This document shows positions 27,538-32,000 of a stretch of 32,000 nucleotides of DNA, in pieces. Source of the DNA: Pseudomonas aeruginosa (GTDB lineage Bacteria > Pseudomonadota > Gammaproteobacteria > Pseudomonadales > Pseudomonadaceae); assembly GCF_001457615.1 (NCBI RefSeq), contig NZ_LN831024.1:480001-512000 (forward strand). Reading direction: 5' to 3'. The position numbers and the translations under genes were made by a program. The notes beneath the pieces were generated by a model. That model ran no database searches. It was given only the letters and a program-made list of their open reading frames with translations, and had not been told where the DNA came from. Position 1 is the stretch's first letter; each line of letters begins with the position of its first letter.

Positions 27538-30336
27538 ATGGCCCAGGAACTTTGCGCTATCTGCCACGAACGTCCCGCCGTCGCCCGCGTCAGCCTGGTA
27601 CAGAACGGCCAGCGCCGCGAACTCGCCCTCTGCGAACTGCATTACCGCCAGTTGATGCGCCAGCAGCGCATGCGCTCGCCGCTGGAGTCGCTGTTCGGCG
27701 GCGGCAGCCCGTTCGACGAGATCTTCTCCGGCTTCGGCGAGCAGAGCCCGGTCACCCCGGTGCGCGCCCGCGAGCCGGAGGCGGTGGACATCGCCGAGTA
27801 CTTCAGCAAGCAGACCACCGAGTACCTGCAACGCGCCGCGCAGGTCGCCGCCGAATTCGGCAAGCGCGAAGTGGACACCGAGCACCTGCTCTACGCCCTG
27901 GCCGACGCCGACGTGGTGCAGGCGGTGCTCAAGCAGTTCGGCCTGTCGCCGGCCGACCTCAAGCAGTACATCGAGGCCAACGCCGTGCGCGGCGCCAGCA
28001 AGGGCGAGGCGAGCGAGGACATGACCATCTCGCCGCGGGTGAAGAGCGCCTTGCAGCATGCCTTCGCCCTGTCCCGCGAACTCGGCCACAGCTATGTCGG
28101 CCCCGAGCACCTGTTGCTCGGCCTGGCGGCGGTGCCGGACAGCTTCGCCGGGACGCTCCTGAAGAAGTACGGCCTGACCGAGCAGGCGCTACGGCAGAAA
28201 GCGGTCAAGGTGGTCGGCAAGGGCGCCGAGGACGGCCGCGTGGACGGCCCGAGCAACACTCCGCAACTGGACAAGTTCAGCCGCGACCTGACCCGGCTGG
28301 CCCTCGAAGGCAAGCTCGATCCGGTGATCGGCCGCTCGAAGGAAGTCGAGACCACCATCGAGGTGCTCGCCCGGCGCAAGAAGAACAACCCGGTGCTGAT
28401 CGGCGAGCCCGGCGTCGGCAAGACCGCCATCGTCGAAGGCCTGGCCCAGCGCATGGTCCAGGGCGAGGTGCCGGAGGTGCTGCGCGACAAGCGCCTGGTC
28501 GAACTGAACATCAACGCCATGGTCGCCGGCGCCAAGTACCGCGGCGAGTTCGAGGAACGCCTCAAGCAGGTGATGGACGAACTGCAGGCGGCGCAGAGCG
28601 AGATCATCCTGTTCATCGACGAGGTGCACACCATCGTCGGTGCCGGCCAGGGCGGCGGCGAAGGCGGGCTGGACGTGGCCAACGTGCTGAAGCCGGCGAT
28701 GGCGCGCGGCGAGATGAACCTGATCGGCGCCACCACCCTCAACGAGTACCAGAAGTACATCGAGAAGGACGCCGCGCTGGAGCGGCGCTTCCAGCCGGTG
28801 TTCGTCCCCGAGCCGACGGTGGAGCAGACCATCTCCATCCTCCGTGGCCTGCGCGACAAGCTCGAAGGCCACCACAAGGTGACCATCCGCGACGAGGCCT
28901 TCGTCGCCGCCGCCGAGCTGTCCGACCGCTACATCGGCAACCGCTTCCTGCCGGACAAGGCCATCGACCTGATCGACCAGGCCGCCGCCCGCGTGCGCAT
29001 CGCCAGCACCTCGCGGCCGGCCGAGATCCAGGAACTGGAGGCCGAGCTGGCGCAGCTCAAGCGCGAGCAGGACTACGCCGCCAGCCGCAAGTGGTACGAC
29101 GAGGCGAAGGTCTTCGAGAAACGCATCCAGGAACGCAAGGAACACCTCGAGCAGATCACCGAGCGCTGGCAGCAGACCCAGGGGTCGAAGACCGAGGAGG
29201 TGCGGGTCGAGGACATCGCCGAGATCATCTCCAAGCTCACCGGCATCCCGGTCACCGAACTGACCGCCGAGGAGCGCGAGAAGCTCCTGCAGATGGAAGA
29301 GCGCCTGCACCAGCGGGTGATCGGCCAGCAGGAAGCGATCACCGCGGTCAGCGACGCCGTGCGCCTGGCCCGCGCCGGGCTGCGCCAGGGCAGCCGGCCG
29401 ATCGCCACCTTCCTGTTCCTCGGCCCGACCGGGGTGGGCAAGACCGAGCTGGCCAAGGCCCTGGCCGAGGTGGTGTTCGGCGACGAAGACGCGATGATCC
29501 GCATCGACATGAGCGAATACATGGAGCGCCACGCGGTGTCCCGGCTGATCGGTGCGCCGCCGGGCTACGTCGGCTACGACGAGGGCGGCCAGCTCACCGA
29601 GCGGGTGCGCCGGCGGCCGTACAGCGTGATCCTGCTCGACGAGATCGAGAAGGCCCACGCCGACGTCAACAACATCCTCCTGCAGGTGTTCGACGACGGC
29701 CGCCTGACCGACGGCAAGGGGCGCGTGGTGGACTTCACCAACACCATCATCATCGCCACCAGCAACCTCGGCTCCGAGCTGATCATGAAGAACGCCCAGG
29801 CCGGCGAGTTCGCCCAGCCGCCGGAGAAGCTCAAGCGCGAACTGATGACTACCCTGCGCGGGCATTTCCGCCCGGAATTCCTCAACCGCCTCGACGAGGT
29901 GATCGTCTTCGAATCGTTGAGCAAGGCGCAGATCGAGGACATCGTGCGCCTGCAACTGGAGCGGGTGAAGCGCGCCGCGCACGCCCAGGACATCTACCTG
30001 CACATCGACGACAGCCTGGTCGGCCACCTCGCCGAAGAGGCCTACCAGCCGGAGTTCGGCGCCCGCGAGCTGAAGCGGCAGATCCGCCAGCAACTGGAGA
30101 CGCGCCTGGCCACGGCGATGCTCAAGGGCGAGGTGAAAGAGGGCGAGACGGTCACCTTCTTCTACGACGCCAAGGACGGCGTCGGCTACCGCAAGGGCGC
30201 CGCGCCGAAGCCGGCGGCACGCAAGAAATCCGGCGCCGGCGAGACGCCCAAGGGCCGCGCGACGGCGGCGAGGAAGCCGGCGGCGAAGAAAGGCGCCGCC
30301 GCCAAGGGCAAGGCCGACAAGCCGAAGGCCAAGTGA
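27538..30336 (+). CDS. clpG: Stand-alone AAA+ disaggregase ClpG (Hsp100 family, ClpB/ClpC-related).
   Basis: I trimmed the ORF to the ATG at 27538 ([14 protein letters not shown], 932 aa), which has an AGGAG SD. Features: an N-terminal Cys6/Cys9/Cys32/His35 zinc-finger-like module, Clp_N repeats, Walker A GEPGVGKT and Walker B ILFIDEVH, a short coiled-coil M-domain, a second Walker A GPTGVGKT and Walker [13 protein letters not shown] find no [LIV]-G-[FL] ClpP-docking loop. The C-terminal tail is Lys/Ala/Pro-rich. Confidence 0.9.
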   Translation: MAQELCAICHERPAVARVSLVQNGQRRELALCELHYRQLMRQQRMRSPLESLFGGGSPFDEIFSGFGEQSPVTPVRAREPEAVDIAEYFSKQTTEYLQRAAQVAAEFGKREVDTEHLLYALADADVVQAVLKQFGLSPADLKQYIEANAVRGASKGEASEDMTISPRVKSALQHAFALSRELGHSYVGPEHLLLGLAAVPDSFAGTLLKKYGLTEQALRQKAVKVVGKGAEDGRVDGPSNTPQLDKFSRDLTRLALEGKLDPVIGRSKEVETTIEVLARRKKNNPVLIGEPGVGKTAIVEGLAQRMVQGEVPEVLRDKRLVELNINAMVAGAKYRGEFEERLKQVMDELQAAQSEIILFIDEVHTIVGAGQGGGEGGLDVANVLKPAMARGEMNLIGATTLNEYQKYIEKDAALERRFQPVFVPEPTVEQTISILRGLRDKLEGHHKVTIRDEAFVAAAELSDRYIGNRFLPDKAIDLIDQAAARVRIASTSRPAEIQELEAELAQLKREQDYAASRKWYDEAKVFEKRIQERKEHLEQITERWQQTQGSKTEEVRVEDIAEIISKLTGIPVTELTAEEREKLLQMEERLHQRVIGQQEAITAVSDAVRLARAGLRQGSRPIATFLFLGPTGVGKTELAKALAEVVFGDEDAMIRIDMSEYMERHAVSRLIGAPPGYVGYDEGGQLTERVRRRPYSVILLDEIEKAHADVNNILLQVFDDGRLTDGKGRVVDFTNTIIIATSNLGSELIMKNAQAGEFAQPPEKLKRELMTTLRGHFRPEFLNRLDEVIVFESLSKAQIEDIVRLQLERVKRAAHAQDIYLHIDDSLVGHLAEEAYQPEFGARELKRQIRQQLETRLATAMLKGEVKEGETVTFFYDAKDGVGYRKGAAPKPAARKKSGAGETPKGRATAARKPAAKKGAAAKGKADKPKAK

Positions 30337-30385
30337 CCCGACCAAGGTTGGGGAACAAGGCACCGGCCGGTCGGTCGAAATCTCA

Positions 30386-30410
30386 CCCCGGCCTGCGAAT
30401 GCGGCCGGGG
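30386..30410 (+). terminator. Hairpin downstream of clpG; weak or partial terminator candidate.
   Basis: CCCCGGCC-tgcgaatgc-GGCCGGGG, an 8-bp stem 50 nt after the clpG stop. It is followed by cgTTcgaTaTcTc, which is not a clean U-run. Confidence 0.35.
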
Positions 30411-30437
30411 CGTTCGATATCTCATGAGGAATTGCCG

Positions 30438-31016
30438 ATGCGCGTCACCACCCACGCTACCCTGGCCGCGGCCCTGCTGCTCAGCGCCGCCTCCGCGTTC
30501 GCCTTCAATCTCGGGGATGCCGCCAAGGCGGTCGCCGGGGCATCCCAGGGCGACTCCGCCCAGGTAGCCACCACCCCGCAGACCAGCGGTCTGCTCGGCG
30601 CACTCACCGGCCAGCTCGGGGTCAGCCAGGAGCAGGCGGTCGGCGGTACCGGCGCCCTGCTCGGCCTGGCCAAGAACCAGTTGGCCGGCAACGATTATTC
30701 GCAACTGGTTAAGACCATCCCCGGCCTCGACAAGCTGGCCGGCAACAACGCCCTGGCCGGTCTCGGCGGGCTCGGCAACGTGCTCGGCAAGAGCGGCGGC
30801 GACAGCAAGGGCCTCGGTTCGCTGCTCGGCAATGCGGACAGCATGGGCGACGTGAACAAGGCCTTCGGCACCCTGGGCATGGATAGCGGGATGACCGAGA
30901 AGTTCGCCCAGGTGCTGGTCGACTACTTCGGCAAGCAGGGCGCCAACAGCGAGCTGCTGGGCAGCCTGAGCAATCTCTGGGGAGTGAGCAAGGCGGGCGG
31001 CTCGTCGCTGCTCTGA
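30438..31016 (+). CDS. Secreted Gly/Leu/Ala-rich protein, DUF2780-like.
   Basis: This is the only real part of the 1512-aa track ORF. ATG at 30438 with a GAGGAA SD. Signal peptide MRVTTHATLAAALLLSAASAFA. LGVSQEQAVGGTGALLGLAKNQL resembles the DUF2780 repeat, but that family call is from memory. Confidence 0.6.
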   Translation: MRVTTHATLAAALLLSAASAFAFNLGDAAKAVAGASQGDSAQVATTPQTSGLLGALTGQLGVSQEQAVGGTGALLGLAKNQLAGNDYSQLVKTIPGLDKLAGNNALAGLGGLGNVLGKSGGDSKGLGSLLGNADSMGDVNKAFGTLGMDSGMTEKFAQVLVDYFGKQGANSELLGSLSNLWGVSKAGGSSLL

Positions 31017-31033
31017 TCTGCCGCCAGCGGATC

Positions 31034-31142
31034 GGCGGATAACCGCGCTGCGGTTATTCGCCCTACGAAGTGGGTGCGGCGCCCGGATATTCGTTGCCCG
31101 CACCGGTAGGGCGAATAACGCCCCCGGCGTTATCCGCCCTAC
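31034..31142. repeat. REP-type palindromic repeat pair in inverted orientation (BIME-like).
   Basis: GGCGGATAACCGCGCTGCGGTTATTCGCCCTAC (31034-31066) and GTAGGGCGAATAACGCCCCCGGCGTTATCCGCCCTAC (31106-31142). They flank a GGTGCGG...CCGCACC stem and lie between convergent genes. Confidence 0.85.
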
Positions 31143-31168
31143 GAGATGGGTGTGCTTCGGCCGGTACT

Positions 31169-32000
31169 TCAGCGCAGTTGCCGCAAGCGGGCGATGCGTT
31201 CGTCCTTTTCTTCCCACATGCGCGAGACCCATTCCTGCACGTACTGGCGGAACACCGGGTCGTTCTCGTAGTCGCCCTGCCACAGGGCGGGATCGATCGG
31301 GCGGGTCTGGATGTCGACGATCACCTTCGGCACCCGTCCGCAGAGCAGGTCCCAGAATCCCGGCACCTTGTCGCTCGGGTAGACCACGGTGACGTCGAGC
31401 AGGGCGTCCAGTTGCTCGCCCAGCGCGGCGAGGACGAAGGCCACCCCGCCGGCCTTGGGCTTGAGCAGGTGGCGATAGGGCGACTGTTGCCGGGCCTTCT
31501 TCTGCTCGCTGAAACGCGTGCCTTCCAGGTAGTTCACCACGGTCACCGGGATGCGCTTGAACTTCTCGCAGGCGGCCTTGGTGATCTCCAGGTCCTTGCC
31601 CTTGAGTTCCGGGTGCTTCTCCAGGAAGGCCTTGGAATAGCGCTTCATGAACGGATACTCCAGCGCCCACCAGGCCAGGCCGAGGAAGGGCACCCAGATC
31701 AGCTCCTTCTTGAGGAAGAACTTGAAGTACGGGGTGCGCCGGTTGAACACCTGGATCAACGCGGGGATGTCGACCCAGGACTGGTGGTTGCTCACCACCA
31801 GGTACGAGGTGTCCTGGCGCAGGTCGCTGGCGCCGCGCACGTCCCAGACCGTCGGCGTGCAGGTGGCGAAGATCCACTTGTCGATCTCCGCCCAGGTCTC
31901 GGCGATCCACATCACGCCCCTGGAGCAGAGGTCTTTCAGGCGCTGGCCGGGGAGCACCAGCTTGAGCAGTGCGATCAGCATCATCGGGCCGATCAGGATC
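31169..32000 (-). CDS. Acyltransferase (PlsC/YihG-like lysophospholipid acyltransferase); probably 5'-truncated by the window edge.
   Basis: The HX4D motif is in VVSNHQSWVDIPAL, and EGTRF is downstream. The frame remains open upstream of the ATG at 31984 (..ILIGPMMLIALLKL, a TM-like segment) to the window end. Confidence 0.75.
   Translation of the reverse strand, partial: ILIGPMMLIALLKLVLPGQRLKDLCSRGVMWIAETWAEIDKWIFATCTPTVWDVRGASDLRQDTSYLVVSNHQSWVDIPALIQVFNRRTPYFKFFLKKELIWVPFLGLAWWALEYPFMKRYSKAFLEKHPELKGKDLEITKAACEKFKRIPVTVVNYLEGTRFSEQKKARQQSPYRHLLKPKAGGVAFVLAALGEQLDALLDVTVVYPSDKVPGFWDLLCGRVPKVIVDIQTRPIDPALWQGDYENDPVFRQYVQEWVSRMWEEKDERIARLRQLR

Noticed and set aside
26478-30437. The upstream 3.96 kb of a 4.5-kb stop-free + frame (the 1512-aa ORF). 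It runs antisense through the MFS gene and out of frame through all of clpG.
   Set aside because: The translation is Arg/Gly/Pro/Ala-rich low-complexity sequence with no motifs. The region is fully explained by the MFS gene (- strand) and clpG (a different + frame). Only the last 579 nt (30438-31016), which have an SD and a signal peptide, look like a real gene. This is a typical shadow ORF of GC-rich DNA.

Overview
The window is about 66% GC and gene-dense, and it looks like Pseudomonas aeruginosa core chromosome. From memory, and unverified here, the gene order matches PAO1 PA0436 to PA0461. I support 25 protein-coding genes, two of them cut by the window edges.

Gene content, in order:
- A RutR-like TetR regulator, followed by a contiguous cytosine/uracil reductive-catabolism block: codA, codB, preT/preA, dht, an NCS1 permease and an N-carbamoyl-beta-alanine amidohydrolase.
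- The glutarate module gcdR / gcdH-gcdG, followed by a YciA-like thioesterase.
- A PiT phosphate transporter.
- An nfeD-stomatin (SPFH) pair followed by an orphan periplasmic binding protein.
- A YccS-family membrane protein, the DbpA helicase and a CspA-family cold-shock gene.
- A secreted retropepsin-like protein, and an MFS (DHA2) gene followed by a DUF1232 gene.
- The stand-alone disaggregase ClpG, a DUF2780 secreted protein and a YihG-like acyltransferase.

I found no rRNA, tRNA, CRISPR array, integrase or transposase. The only repeats are two clusters of REP-type palindromes.

I see no convincing evidence of a new multi-gene system such as a defence island, toxin-antitoxin pair or mobile element. 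The items most worth follow-up are non-coding:
- A near-consensus LexA/SOS box in the dbpA-csp divergent region.
- Tandem anti-Shine-Dalgarno repeats in the csp leader.
- A perfect 24-bp palindrome and RutR-like dyads in an unusually long, AT-rich 615-bp spacer between dht and the NCS1 permease.
- A T-N11-A dyad in the gcdH/gcdR spacer.

The many very long Arg/Pro/Gly/Ala-rich ORFs in the six-frame track are shadow frames of this GC-rich DNA, and I rejected them.
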